Part shown: positions 9,662 to 20,200 of the stretch, piece after piece
How positions within the stretch are numbered: the first letter of the stretch is position 1
Layout of the letters: each line of letters opens with the position of its first letter
IMG/VR virus record: IMGVR_UViG_3300030099_006944
Span: 32,001-96,000 of that record
DNA: 64,000 bases
Source: a virus
Reading direction: 5' to 3' (one strand)
The notes under the pieces: model-generated
What the model saw: only the letters and a program-made list of their open reading frames with translations
Told to the model about the DNA's origin: nothing
Database searches by the model: none
Made by a program: the position numbers and the translations under genes

Positions 9662-10709
9662 CTTATCAGTAATAACAGAAGAATGTCGCGAATTGACTAA
9701 AAGAGTTGATTACAAGAAATTTCGAAAGAGAACTATATTGATTACCGGCGCTAATGGTTTAATTGGTGGTTTTCTAGCGGATTTTTTCTGTTATTTAAAT
9801 GATAAACATGATTTGGGTATAAAGATACATTTGACTTCTTACAGTAACTTAACCAACGTTATCAGAATAAGACACCTTCTACACAGAAGTGATCTGGAAT
9901 ATTTTTCATGGGATTGTTCCAATTCTGTTAGCCCATTTGTTCTACCAAAGAAAATTGACTATTGTTTCTTTTGCTCAGGCTACGGACAGCCGTCTAAATT
10001 TTTGAAGAACAATATAAAGACTAGTCTGATAAATGTCGTTGGGGTAGATTCTTTATTGAGTTGGATGTTGCAACATGGCGGCGGTAATTTTCTGTTTCTG
10101 AGTACTAGTGAAATATACGGCAATCCTCCGGAGACCATGATACCCACACCAGAAACATATGGTGGCTTATATGACCTAAGTAACAATAGAGCCGCGTACA
10201 AGGTTTCTAAGTGCCTAGGTGAGGTTATATGTAAAGAATATAATCGCGATGAAACCATGAATGTTAAAATAGCTCGCGTTGCTTTGACCTATGGCCCGGG
10301 AACACTGCTAAATGATAACCGTGTTTTGCAAGAATTTATTTTTAAAGCCCGAAAGGGGATGGTAAGAATGCTGGATGGCGGAGAGTCATTGAGAAATTAT
10401 TTATATTTGACAGACTCGGCTGAGTTGTTGATCAATATATTGTTTGGAAAAGAGATGGTATACAATGTTGGGGGAGATACGGAAGAAATATCTATCCTTA
10501 ATTTAGCCAATATGATATCGAAAAATTTCGGAGCCAAGGTCGTTCCGGGCAAGTCAAAACTGGATTCTGTAAAATCAGCACCGAAAGGCGTTAGTTTAGA
10601 TATGACAAGAGCCCGAAAAGAATTTAAGACTTTCGGACATAATTTGACCGGATTAGATAAGGGAATAAAGCAAGTTATACGATGGTATAATTTCGAGGAT
10701 AAAGAATGA
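9651..10709 (+). CDS. NAD-dependent epimerase/dehydratase (extended SDR), UDP-glucuronate decarboxylase-like
   Basis: ITGANGLIG Rossmann motif, STSEIYG, YKVSK (YxxxK), TYGPG, YNVGG. Probable GTG start at 9651 after GGAG. Confidence 0.85.
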   Translation: MHYNLSVITEECRELTKRVDYKKFRKRTILITGANGLIGGFLADFFCYLNDKHDLGIKIHLTSYSNLTNVIRIRHLLHRSDLEYFSWDCSNSVSPFVLPKKIDYCFFCSGYGQPSKFLKNNIKTSLINVVGVDSLLSWMLQHGGGNFLFLSTSEIYGNPPETMIPTPETYGGLYDLSNNRAAYKVSKCLGEVICKEYNRDETMNVKIARVALTYGPGTLLNDNRVLQEFIFKARKGMVRMLDGGESLRNYLYLTDSAELLINILFGKEMVYNVGGDTEEISILNLANMISKNFGAKVVPGKSKLDSVKSAPKGVSLDMTRARKEFKTFGHNLTGLDKGIKQVIRWYNFEDKE

Positions 10710-11632
10710 AAAAAACTATCACAATAAAAGACTTTACAGACGCAATCGGAGAAGACCTCACCGAGTTGGTCAAAGAGAAGATAAACGAATGTCAATTTAC
10801 TTATAATGAATTATCTAAAAACGAAAGAGATAGCTTGATACTGTTGATAGTCGATTTTCTTCTAGAAGATATGTTCGTAAAGAAAGCAGGTCCCCACAGG
10901 ATTAATGATTGGATAAAAGGCTGGGGAGAAAACTGCACAGAGTTTTCAGATACAGGAGATTTCAATTCTCTTGTTCCAAAATATTTTGGAAAACACCCTT
11001 ATGTAAGATGGCAAGGTCAATGGTTAAAGCCGGTTGATAATGATTTTGAATACAATATGGTTCGAATATTGCAATATTGGTTGTTTGAAAAATTCTTTGC
11101 CTCATGTGATAATATCTATGAGTTCGGCTGCGGCACTGGTCATAACCTATTTCGTGCACAAGAAGTCAATCCATCAGCCAGTGTTACAGGTTTAGATTGG
11201 GCATCGAGTTCCCAGAATACTTTGGAGCAAATTAATAAGATTTATGGTTTTAATTTTTCCGGTCATAATTTTGATTTTTACAACGTCGACAACGATTTTG
11301 TATTGGGAGATAATTCCGGAGTATACACCTTCGCTGCACTGGAACAGATTGGAAACAAGTATGAAGATTTCGTGCAATATTTGATTCGGAATAACCCGCG
11401 GGTGTGTATACATATCGAACCGATAGCGGAGTGTCTAGACAAGAGTGAATTGTGCGATTACCTCAGTATAAAGTACTTTGAGAAAAGAAAGTATCTAAGT
11501 GGGTTTGCAGATTATTTAACCGGTTTAGCATCGGAAAATAAGATAGAGATTTTATATGAAAAAAGAAGTTTTGTGGGTAGCGTTTTTATTAATGGATATT
11601 CTATAATTGCATGGAGAGTTAAAAATGCCTGA
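10706..11632 (+). CDS. Class I SAM-dependent methyltransferase
   Basis: IYEFGCGTGHN motif I, VTGLDW motif II, YTFAALEQ. Confidence 0.85.
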   Translation: MKKTITIKDFTDAIGEDLTELVKEKINECQFTYNELSKNERDSLILLIVDFLLEDMFVKKAGPHRINDWIKGWGENCTEFSDTGDFNSLVPKYFGKHPYVRWQGQWLKPVDNDFEYNMVRILQYWLFEKFFASCDNIYEFGCGTGHNLFRAQEVNPSASVTGLDWASSSQNTLEQINKIYGFNFSGHNFDFYNVDNDFVLGDNSGVYTFAALEQIGNKYEDFVQYLIRNNPRVCIHIEPIAECLDKSELCDYLSIKYFEKRKYLSGFADYLTGLASENKIEILYEKRSFVGSVFINGYSIIAWRVKNA

Positions 11633-12044
11633 GAAAATTTATTCCAAAGTAAAAGATGGCTTGTTGTTATTGGCAATTAACAGGAGATCCGAAATATGCA
11701 CAGACAGGATTGATCTGTGTCCAGAAGACCAGTTGTTACAAATTTCCACAAAAGCCCTTTCAAAGGATACGACGTTTCGTCCGCATAAACATAATGTTCT
11801 GCGACGCGAGACGTTTACAACAAATGAAGCTTGGATAATCCTCAAAGGATCTGTAGAAGCAAAGTTTTGGGATGTCGATGACAATTTGATACTTAAAACT
11901 GTTTTGGAAGAGGGGGATTGCGCTGTTGTGTTCCACGCCGGTCATGGTTTCAGCGTACTAGAAGAAGGAACAATATTATACGAAGTAAAAAATGGCCCAT
12001 ATTACGGTCAATTAAAAGATAAAACATTCATTGAAGGAGAATAG
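11625..12044 (+). CDS. Cupin-fold protein (WbuC-like, sugar-cluster associated)
   Basis: FRPHKH...NEAW...GS and HAGHGF...YEVKNGPY two-motif cupin pattern; ATG at 11625. Confidence 0.75.
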   Translation: MPEKIYSKVKDGLLLLAINRRSEICTDRIDLCPEDQLLQISTKALSKDTTFRPHKHNVLRRETFTTNEAWIILKGSVEAKFWDVDDNLILKTVLEEGDCAVVFHAGHGFSVLEEGTILYEVKNGPYYGQLKDKTFIEGE

Positions 12045-12046
12045 TA

Positions 12047-13015
12047 ATGAAGAAAAGAGCATTGATTACCGGTATTGGAGGTCAAGACGGCAGCTACCTA
12101 TCAGAACATCTTCTGGACTTGGGATACGAAGTCCATGGAGTTATTCGTAGGCACTCGGTAGCGGAAAACCAAGACTCGCGGATTAATAAAATTACAGGAG
12201 ATATCAATACATATTACGGTGATCTTTTGGATTACCCATCACTACAGAGAATAGTTTCACATGTAAATCCAGATGAGATTTATAATCTTGCAGCTATGTC
12301 TCATGTTAGAATTAGTTTCGACGTTCCATCGTTCACGATTCAAACAAACGCATTGGGTGTGCTCAACATGTTGGAGGTGTATCGTAACACCTGTCCAAGG
12401 GCCAAATTTTACCAAGCTTCTTCATCAGAAATGTTTGGAAATTCAGTGGATGAAGACGGGTCTCAGAGATTAACAACACCAATGAACCCTGTTAGTCCAT
12501 ATGGATGTGCAAAGGTTATGGGTTACAATCTTGTACGACATTATAGAAACGCCTATAAACTACATGCATGTAACGGAATCTTGTTTAATCACGAGTCTCC
12601 CCGTCGCGGTTCAAACTTTGTTACTAACAAGGTTGTCAAAACAGCAGTAGAGATCAAAAAAGGCTTAAAGAATCAATTGGAACTTGGAAACTTGGACTCA
12701 TCACGTGACTGGGGTCATTCGTATGACTATGTTCGAGCAATGCATATGATCGTGAATCACCACGAACCAGATGAATTTATTGTAGCTACTGGTCGTACCC
12801 ATACTGTTAGAGATCTGTGTCGATACACCTTTAATGCATTGGGTATGAACTATGAAGACTACGTCGTACAGAACCCTAAGTTTATGCGACCGGAAGAATT
12901 AAAATATCTCCGCGGAGATTCTACTAAGGTTAGAGAAGTATTAGGTTGGCAACCAAAGTACACTTTTGAATCCATGATTGATGAAATGATTGCAACTTGG
13001 ATGGAGAGAATTTAA
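12047..13015 (+). CDS. gmd: GDP-mannose 4,6-dehydratase
   Basis: ALITGIGGQDGSYLSEHLL, PDEIYNLAAMSHV, FYQASSSEMFG, SPYGCAK, GILFNHESPRRG, LGNLDSSRDWGH. Confidence 0.97.
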   Translation: MKKRALITGIGGQDGSYLSEHLLDLGYEVHGVIRRHSVAENQDSRINKITGDINTYYGDLLDYPSLQRIVSHVNPDEIYNLAAMSHVRISFDVPSFTIQTNALGVLNMLEVYRNTCPRAKFYQASSSEMFGNSVDEDGSQRLTTPMNPVSPYGCAKVMGYNLVRHYRNAYKLHACNGILFNHESPRRGSNFVTNKVVKTAVEIKKGLKNQLELGNLDSSRDWGHSYDYVRAMHMIVNHHEPDEFIVATGRTHTVRDLCRYTFNALGMNYEDYVVQNPKFMRPEELKYLRGDSTKVREVLGWQPKYTFESMIDEMIATWMERI

Positions 13016-13230
13016 TGTTTGAAGTTGGTGATCTAGTGAAGTGGTATGAAATGTATGGAGACATACATATCGTAAAAGATTCCGGAATGGGAATCATTAT
13101 TTCTGCAACGGAGATCTCATACTTAGAACATTGTCAAGTTTTATATACAGTCTTCACTGCCAAGGCTGGATCCACGCTCATATTAGAAGAGCATTGTCTA
13201 GAAAAATTAAATGAGGAAACATTATTATGA
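13015..13230 (+). CDS. Small hypothetical protein (SH3/KOW-like beta protein)
   Basis: TAATG coupling with gmd; MFEVGDLVKW start typical of small phage beta-barrel proteins. Confidence 0.6.
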   Translation: MFEVGDLVKWYEMYGDIHIVKDSGMGIIISATEISYLEHCQVLYTVFTAKAGSTLILEEHCLEKLNEETLL

Positions 13231-13430
13231 ACTATAAATTATCAAACCAAGCCGTTGGAGCAATTATGATGGCGCTCCAAAAATCATTAATGGAACAAAC
13301 TGATATAGTACCAGTAATCAAAGGGTTCGATATACAGATCGATGATTCTGGTCAACTACTGGTCGTGAACCCTCCTGTTGTCGAAACCAGTGACACAGAC
13401 AAAGTAGATATTGAAACGAGCGTTCAATAA
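13227..13430 (+). CDS. Hypothetical protein
   Basis: ATGA overlap upstream, TAATG overlap downstream, GAGGA RBS. Confidence 0.65.
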   Translation: MNYKLSNQAVGAIMMALQKSLMEQTDIVPVIKGFDIQIDDSGQLLVVNPPVVETSDTDKVDIETSVQ

Positions 13431-13693
13431 TGCCGAAATATATTTACCAATGTGAAACTTGCTCCGGTCATTTTGAAATCTATCATGGTATGACCGAGAG
13501 TGAAGATTACTGTCCCCAGTGCGAATCAGAACACTTTCATAGAGTGCCGCAAATGCCCTTTATTAAGCGTTCTGAGGAGCCAAAGGGTGGTAAGGTAGGT
13601 GAAGAAACAAAAGCTGCTATCGAGGCAAATAGAGAGCTTCTAAAAGATATGAAAAAAGAAGTTCTGAGGGATTATTATAGAGATGACAATTGA
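13430..13693 (+). CDS. FmdB-family zinc-ribbon protein
   Basis: MPKYIYQCETCSGHFE...CPQCES pattern (MPxYxYxCxxC...CPxC). Confidence 0.85.
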   Translation: MPKYIYQCETCSGHFEIYHGMTESEDYCPQCESEHFHRVPQMPFIKRSEEPKGGKVGEETKAAIEANRELLKDMKKEVLRDYYRDDN

Positions 13694-14063
13694 AACATGG
13701 CTCATAATCGCTCTGGTGTTTTCAGTGGCGACCAATATATTTTTAGTCTGGTTTTCTCGTTTGCAAAGCGTAAAGTTAACGTACGTCGCGACAAACATTG
13801 GAGATCTAATAGATATGTTGGTTGGCTATCGAGAACATTTGAGAAAAGTATATGGAATGGAAATGTTTTATGGAGACGAAACATTAGGTAACCTAATGGA
13901 TCATACACGTGCGCTCATAGAAATAATCGATCAAGAATATCAAGATATAACAGTAATATCTGAACCAATAGAATTACAAGAGACAGAAGAATATGAAGAA
14001 AACGAAGAAGAAGTCGAAGTCAAAGATGTACTTTACGCAGGAACACGAAGACGCGATTCTTAA
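13683..14063 (+). CDS. Hypothetical membrane-anchored protein with acidic C-terminus
   Basis: N-terminal hydrophobic helix WLIIALVFSVATNIFLVWF; Glu-rich tail. Confidence 0.65.
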   Translation: MTIETWLIIALVFSVATNIFLVWFSRLQSVKLTYVATNIGDLIDMLVGYREHLRKVYGMEMFYGDETLGNLMDHTRALIEIIDQEYQDITVISEPIELQETEEYEENEEEVEVKDVLYAGTRRRDS

Positions 14064-14685
14064 ATATTGTACAACAGATGACAGAGCAGAGAAAGAAAGA
14101 CTTTACGAAAACTTAATACAACCAGCCTTTAATCAGATGGTCGACAAGATTGTGTTTTCATATAAGTTCACTTCTTTACCAAACATTGATGAATTACGAA
14201 TGGAATGTAAGGTGTGGTTAACAACGATCTTGGATAAGTACGATCCAAATCGCGGTTCAAAAGCTTTTTCGTATTTTAGCGTCATCACTAAGAACTGGTT
14301 TATACACAAAGTGAAAAGGAACACCAAGAGGCTTCAACGTGAAGTGCCTTATGAAGACGCCGAACTGGAAGTTGAATCTACATTTGTGGATCCCGGAGAC
14401 CAATATTACCAAGAGCGCGTCAAGAAAGAATTTTGGCAAAATCTTTGGGGAGAAATAGAATCTTGGGAAGTTGATTACGAGAAGGAATCCGAGAAGAAAG
14501 TATACGAGGCTGTTAAGATAATTTTGTCTTCTGTTGATGAGATAGAGATTTTTAATAAAAAAGCTGTTTATTTATATCTCCGAGAAATAACCGGTATGAA
14601 CACAAAACAAATAGTGACCCAACTAAACAAGATGAGAACCAGATATCGCGATTTTAAAAAAGACTGGGACGATGGGAAAATTTAA
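13993..14685 (+). CDS. Phage sigma factor, T4 gp55-like (late transcription)
   Basis: Sigma region-2-like segment LDKYDPNRGSKAFSYFSVITKNWF, comparable to the gp55 K.DP.K..NPFAYFT motif; helical C-terminus. Start could be 13993 or 14026. Confidence 0.7.
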   Translation: MKKTKKKSKSKMYFTQEHEDAILKYCTTDDRAEKERLYENLIQPAFNQMVDKIVFSYKFTSLPNIDELRMECKVWLTTILDKYDPNRGSKAFSYFSVITKNWFIHKVKRNTKRLQREVPYEDAELEVESTFVDPGDQYYQERVKKEFWQNLWGEIESWEVDYEKESEKKVYEAVKIILSSVDEIEIFNKKAVYLYLREITGMNTKQIVTQLNKMRTRYRDFKKDWDDGKI

Positions 14686-14692
14686 GTAATTT

Positions 14693-14700
14693 CTAATTAT
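14693..14700 (+). promoter_or_regulatory. Candidate late-promoter motif CTAATTAT
   Basis: Lies in the short gap after the sigma gene, at the head of the structural module; matches motifs at 25082, 48387 and 52863. Confidence 0.45.
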
Positions 14701-14704
14701 TCAT

Positions 14705-14992
14705 ATGAAGAGTAAAAAACACATAGAAAAGGCGATTAAAAATATAGAGGACGACCGAGAAATAACTCGCGAGTTGTTAGATGATGCGATTAAATGGCTA
14801 GCTGTTGACGATGCAAGGCACAAAGAGATAGGATTGACTCTTGCGAAATATGTGGAAACATTACAAAGATCAAACGAACAGTTGGTTAAGTTATGTGGCT
14901 TAATGTCAAAGCAGGAATCATCTGATGAACTCACTGATAAAGATTTCGCTCAAATCTTTGATCAAATTCAAAAATCGGAGGAGGACGAGTAG
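14705..14992 (+). CDS. Hypothetical coiled-coil protein
   Basis: Helical, charged 95-aa ORF; TAGTG coupling to the next gene. Confidence 0.7.
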   Translation: MKSKKHIEKAIKNIEDDREITRELLDDAIKWLAVDDARHKEIGLTLAKYVETLQRSNEQLVKLCGLMSKQESSDELTDKDFAQIFDQIQKSEEDE

Positions 14993-16269
14993 TGCCAAAA
15001 GTAGGTAAATCATTTGTTAACACCAACTTTCATAGTTTATTCAATAATTCAGATTCTGATTATTTTGATTATACTATGGCTAATATCCAAGATGCTTTTT
15101 TCAAAACATCGATGAACACCGCAACAGAGGGAAAGTTTAGAGCTATCGTTCTGTCTGGTCTTTTTAGCCCGGGAGAGAATACTGGGTTTTCTCATGAGTG
15201 GACAGATGCTAGAAAAGTTGTAAGAACAGATGGTCAATTTTTTCAATGCATTGTTAGGCCTTTGGGGGTGACTGATGGGGTTATATTGCCTGACCCATGT
15301 GCTCCCAATCTAGACATACAGACTAGGAGAAAATTGATAGAGATGCACCCGTGGGCCACATCAGAATGGTCCATCGAAGCAACCGGTCAAGAATTTCCAC
15401 AATTGTATCCGGGCCAAGTTATAACTTGTTATTATGAAACTGGTACAATTGGAGATTCAACATATTCAGAATTAAAATTTGAGAACCCTACCATCGGAGG
15501 CAGTTCGAGTCCAATTAATGGACTGTGCTTGGCGGCGTTTCAGATAGACGCCTCCGCCTTTACAGGAGAAGATTATCAAGGTATTTTTTCTGGTACTAAT
15601 GCTCCAACATTAAATGACATTGGATCTGACATGGGTGACTACGAATCGGATATAGGCGCGAGTGATCTTACCGGTACAGACGATGAACACAAAAACAACG
15701 AAGTGTGGCCTCTTTATGATAGTGATTCAACGATAAAAAACAAGGCGCAACATGCTCAATATTTTGCTACTATGCATCCCACTTTTGTGAAATTTTGTAA
15801 AGCCATAATATATGATATACATAAAGTTTTAGGCGGCTGGGTTAATATTAATTCTGGTTTTCGCACAATAGCAGAGCAAGACGCAATGCGCGCAAAGTGG
15901 GACAAATGGAATGCTGAAGGAAGAGTGGGTCCCAAACCGTATGTTGTAAGACCAGTCGCAGGAGGCGATAGCAAACACAACTATGCAACTGCTATGGATT
16001 TCAATGTTTGGATTGGGTCCAAGATGTATAGAGGCGCAACATCGAAAGAAGAATGGATAAATAGCGGGGTTCCTACAATTATAGAGCATTATGGAATGCA
16101 ATGGGGCGGTCACTTCAAAAGTGGTTATGATCCCATCCATCTTCACATGGAAATAAAGAAATCATCCAAAGACGCAATCAAAGCAGCCACCGGAGACATA
16201 GTTTCTCGTACAGAGGCAATCGAGAAAATAAAAGACATCGCATTAGAGTGGAAAGCAACGGGTTATTGA
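14992..16269 (+). CDS. Baseplate hub/gp5-like protein with C-terminal peptidase M15 (peptidoglycan hydrolase) domain
   Basis: C-terminal INSGFRTIAEQ, SKHNYATAMDF (SxH...D) and YDPIHLH Zn motifs of M15; first gene of the baseplate module. Confidence 0.7.
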   Translation: MPKVGKSFVNTNFHSLFNNSDSDYFDYTMANIQDAFFKTSMNTATEGKFRAIVLSGLFSPGENTGFSHEWTDARKVVRTDGQFFQCIVRPLGVTDGVILPDPCAPNLDIQTRRKLIEMHPWATSEWSIEATGQEFPQLYPGQVITCYYETGTIGDSTYSELKFENPTIGGSSSPINGLCLAAFQIDASAFTGEDYQGIFSGTNAPTLNDIGSDMGDYESDIGASDLTGTDDEHKNNEVWPLYDSDSTIKNKAQHAQYFATMHPTFVKFCKAIIYDIHKVLGGWVNINSGFRTIAEQDAMRAKWDKWNAEGRVGPKPYVVRPVAGGDSKHNYATAMDFNVWIGSKMYRGATSKEEWINSGVPTIIEHYGMQWGGHFKSGYDPIHLHMEIKKSSKDAIKAATGDIVSRTEAIEKIKDIALEWKATGY

Positions 16270-16270
16270 A

Positions 16271-17281
16271 ATGGCTAAGATTAAGAATGTTAACAAAAAA
16301 AATGTGGTCTCAAACCAACCCCTAGGGGAATATGCCCGAAGTGGAATTAGACATGGTATTGCGGGAACCGAAATAGATGAAGCGATCCCAACATACGAGA
16401 GTGCCCCTTCTGAAAAGATAATATCCGGAAAAAGCAACTCTATGATTGTTTTTGGTCGTGACAGACCGTCTGTACGAATGTCTGGCTATGGTGGTCGAGG
16501 AGGTACCCAATGTGCCAAGATTGATCTAGTTTGTGGTCTGGCATCTTCAATGACAGAAGACGGACCTCCCGGATCAGATACGGTTGTTAGTCCTAATTTT
16601 GCTCTCGACGCTAGCAGAATATATATATCACAAAGGTCGGATATAGATGCCTACATGGGTATTGCGTCCACTATGGATAGAGACGACAGTAAAGCATCCT
16701 CTGCTGTTGGTATCAAAGCTGATTGTGTTAGGATTTTTGGACGAAAGAATATAAAAATAGTAACCGGACACTCTAAGATGGAAGGTTTCGGGCCCGATGG
16801 TGAACTTACCGCCGCCGGCGGAATAAATGAGGTGCCGGGTACCATAACTTTTATAGCAGGAAACTCCGCCGAACCAGAGATGAAAGAAATGTTTTTGTAC
16901 GGTACAGACCCACGAAAACAAAAAGTACCTTTCGCTGTTAAAAAAATAAACCCTTTGGTCCGCGGAGATATGTTGCGAAAAGCCATTGAGGAACTTATGG
17001 ATGTGATGAGCGAACACTTGCAGTATACAAATCAATTGGCCCAAGAATTAGCATTCTTAGGAACAGCATATGCTGCTGGTCAACCAATCCTGCCCGGCGC
17101 GCCACCCATACCATTGCCTCCCTTGACAACAGCACCAGTTGGCCAAAAAGTAGCAGGAAAATGTACAGCCATGATAGGTGCTCTACCAATGTTAGATGTA
17201 AAAATGAATTGGTTTCGGCAAAATTTTCTTACAAAAACATCTCCACTCTATATTAATAGTAAGCATGTATTTACAACGTGA
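16271..17281 (+). CDS. Probable baseplate central spike / gp5 C-terminal-like protein
   Basis: Gly-rich beta-repeat character (IVFGRDRPS, GYGGRGGT, SRIYISQ, ADCVRIFGRKNIKIVTG) and position; C-terminal SKHVFTT. Confidence 0.5.
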   Translation: MAKIKNVNKKNVVSNQPLGEYARSGIRHGIAGTEIDEAIPTYESAPSEKIISGKSNSMIVFGRDRPSVRMSGYGGRGGTQCAKIDLVCGLASSMTEDGPPGSDTVVSPNFALDASRIYISQRSDIDAYMGIASTMDRDDSKASSAVGIKADCVRIFGRKNIKIVTGHSKMEGFGPDGELTAAGGINEVPGTITFIAGNSAEPEMKEMFLYGTDPRKQKVPFAVKKINPLVRGDMLRKAIEELMDVMSEHLQYTNQLAQELAFLGTAYAAGQPILPGAPPIPLPPLTTAPVGQKVAGKCTAMIGALPMLDVKMNWFRQNFLTKTSPLYINSKHVFTT

Positions 17282-17289
17282 GGTAAACA

Positions 17290-20200
17290 ATGGATAAAAA
17301 GTTCTCAGATTTTCAAGAAAACTCTTGTGACGAACGTCAAACAATAACATTTAAGAAAAAAGTAAACCCTTGTCCTCCGTGTACACCGAATCCGGACTAT
17401 TTTCTAGAAAAAAATTGGTTTGAAATGGAAGAACCATGGTTAGATCAATCCACATGTAGATACAACATTCGAATTAGAAAAAGTGATCTGGAACGCGATT
17501 TGAGCCAAAGAGGCGATTTCAACGGTACCCCAACTGATCAGCAAAAGATACGTTTCGGAATTAGGGCTTTATTGGCACACCATAATCGACTAATAGCGGA
17601 TGAGACTGTGTGTGGTATTGGTGGTTGCATGACTAGCATCGATGACATAAAAGAATTCAGGGAGTCAATAAGAGAATATCAAACAGCCCTAGGGCAGTAT
17701 GAAGCAACAGAATCTACGCAGGAATTATCTGTCGCTGGCGCAGCCGGTGCTGGTCTCCTTGCTGCTTTTGGTGTTGGTGGCGGTTGGGCTGTTTTTGGAA
17801 CAGCAGCCCTAGCCGGAATCTTAATAGACAGTCTCCATGCAGCTAGAATGATGACAGCGAGAAATGAAAACTTCTCAGAATCTGAACTTGAAGATTTAGG
17901 TTTATTTTTGAGGAGTTATTTAGGCACAGATTTGTCATATAGACTGGACAAGTTATCTGCTCTTTATCCTCAAATACACCCTTTTGCCTTAGAGTGGCAT
18001 GCCAAACTTGAAGCACAACACATGACAGAAGCAGGTCTAGTTTACTACAAGATATCCGTACCTGCCTTAGATTTTCATCGGATACCAGAAAATCCAATTA
18101 CAGACACCACCGAAGAGACGGCTACAAATGCTATTCAACTTAACGATATCATCATCGATGGCCCCGATTTCATTGAAGATATGATCAAGTTGAAATTTGC
18201 CCTGCAAGCATATGAATTTTATTATACGGCATTTCAACATGTTGAAAAGATACAGATAGTACAACAGGAAGACATAACAAAAAGATTGAGCTACAACGCA
18301 GCAATAATGACCTTGGGATCCTTCAAAAACACCCTTAACAGAGTGTTGAGAAAAAACGGCTATCAATCATTGAACAGCCTAGCGGATTTCTTCACGGGAA
18401 AACCTTTTGCCAATAAGATAAAATTTAGGTTCAACATAGAAGACGATAGACCTTTTAATCTAGCTAAAAACGAGAATGGACAATTTGAGGTTTATGTTCT
18501 GGGAGGTGATTGTCCGGATTTTGTATTGTTAGAGGGTACCCAAGAATTAAATAATCCTAGATATATAGAGGCATATGGTTTTCTGAGTAGAATAGATGAT
18601 ATAATGTCCGATTTAACCGCTGAAAATACTCGACCATGGCTTGAATTTACATTAGAGTATTTTTATCCAAAATATGTTGTTGACTATGGTTTGAATTCCG
18701 GAGAAGCTGATGAAGAACAACAAAATGCTTTGCTTTGTTTTTTAGAGAAACAATTGGGCTTTGGCGACGGCGCCTTTATAAACAGTTTAAGTCAATCAAT
18801 CCTATCAGCATTTGATATTATGAGGGACGATTTTGTAAAAAAATCATGCAAAAAAGAAGACGAAGTTTCAGAACACACGTGGTGGTTCAAGAAATCAGAA
18901 GAACAAAAAGAGGAAGAAGAAAGAAGAAAAGACGCCGAACGCCGCGCAGAGATGATATCTAGACTGGAAGAGAGAGAATATAAAAAATTAATTAATGAAG
19001 AGATAAGAAAAATAGAACAAACACAAGAGTGGCTAGCAACACCAGAGGCTGCTTCCGGCCAGCGACCTACTGAGTCCACCGTGGAATCTTTTACCGGTGT
19101 TTCTTTGGGTGTTTATCGCGAAAGAGCAAACATCGCAGCCAACAAGGCGTATGATGATCCGCAATCTTGGGCCGATAATAAGCCATGGGTTCATGACGCC
19201 AATATGGCTGCTATGGAAACTATTGAAAAAGATCTCTTGCTAATAAATGAAGTAAAAAAATACTTTGATCCGGCTCCTAGCAAAGATGATTTGTTGGATT
19301 TGGTTATTTCGATCGGAATTTGTGGTAACTCAAAATTAGTGGATAAAGCCATAAAATGTTTAACAAGTGGTTTGACAATTGAGGATATATTAGAAATAAT
19401 GGTTGAAAAACTGTTCTCCTCTATGAATCTCCGTTTTGTGCCTAGGTTCCTAAATGGTCTACCTTTGCAAATAAGAGATGATCTGAATGATATTTTGTTG
19501 CAAGAGTTTGGAGTAGAAGACATAGTACAGTTGTTGATGGCAAAAGTAGAATCTGGTAATTTAACTGTCGGCGATGTGATGGGCGGAGACAATAATAAAG
19601 TCAAACAAATATACGACAAATTCCTAAACACACCAGCCCCAGATATAGAAGAGTGGGATCAAGTATCTTTCGCATCAGAATTAGTAGGGGTGTCCAGAGC
19701 AGAGTGGCACTCTGATTTAACAACACTGCTGATCAATGTAGATCGCGATACAGAAACGGGGGTCATAGTTGTACTACCAAAAGAAGATCCGGGATACAAA
19801 GAGCAGAGAAAGCAACTTAAAATATTAAAAAGAAAAATTCGTCGATTATTAACGAAGAGCGAAATGCGTTTTATAGAAGGAGCAAAAAACAGGTATAATA
19901 ATGTTAAAGACTCTATAAACGAAGGAATTCAAAATTTCAAGACGACACAAGAAGAGCGTGAACAAATGAGGCAATTGGTCAAAGAAATGACTTGGCATTT
20001 TGGCTCTGATTCTAATGGAGATTTTGTCTATCTCAAATCTGGTCCCTCGGAAGAGTGGACGAACAAAGAATACTATAATAGCCCGTCTTATGTTCAGCCT
20101 ATGGCAGAAGTCAGAATTCTAGAAGATAATGGCGGTTGGGTCTATGAACAAGACATAGATAGCAGTATAACCTTCATCGAGGTGCCTTCTGGTAACCTTT

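Noticed and set aside
1-13500. CTAG abundance as an anomaly
   Set aside because: A rough count is near the composition-based expectation; it is only not depleted, so it is not reported as enrichment.
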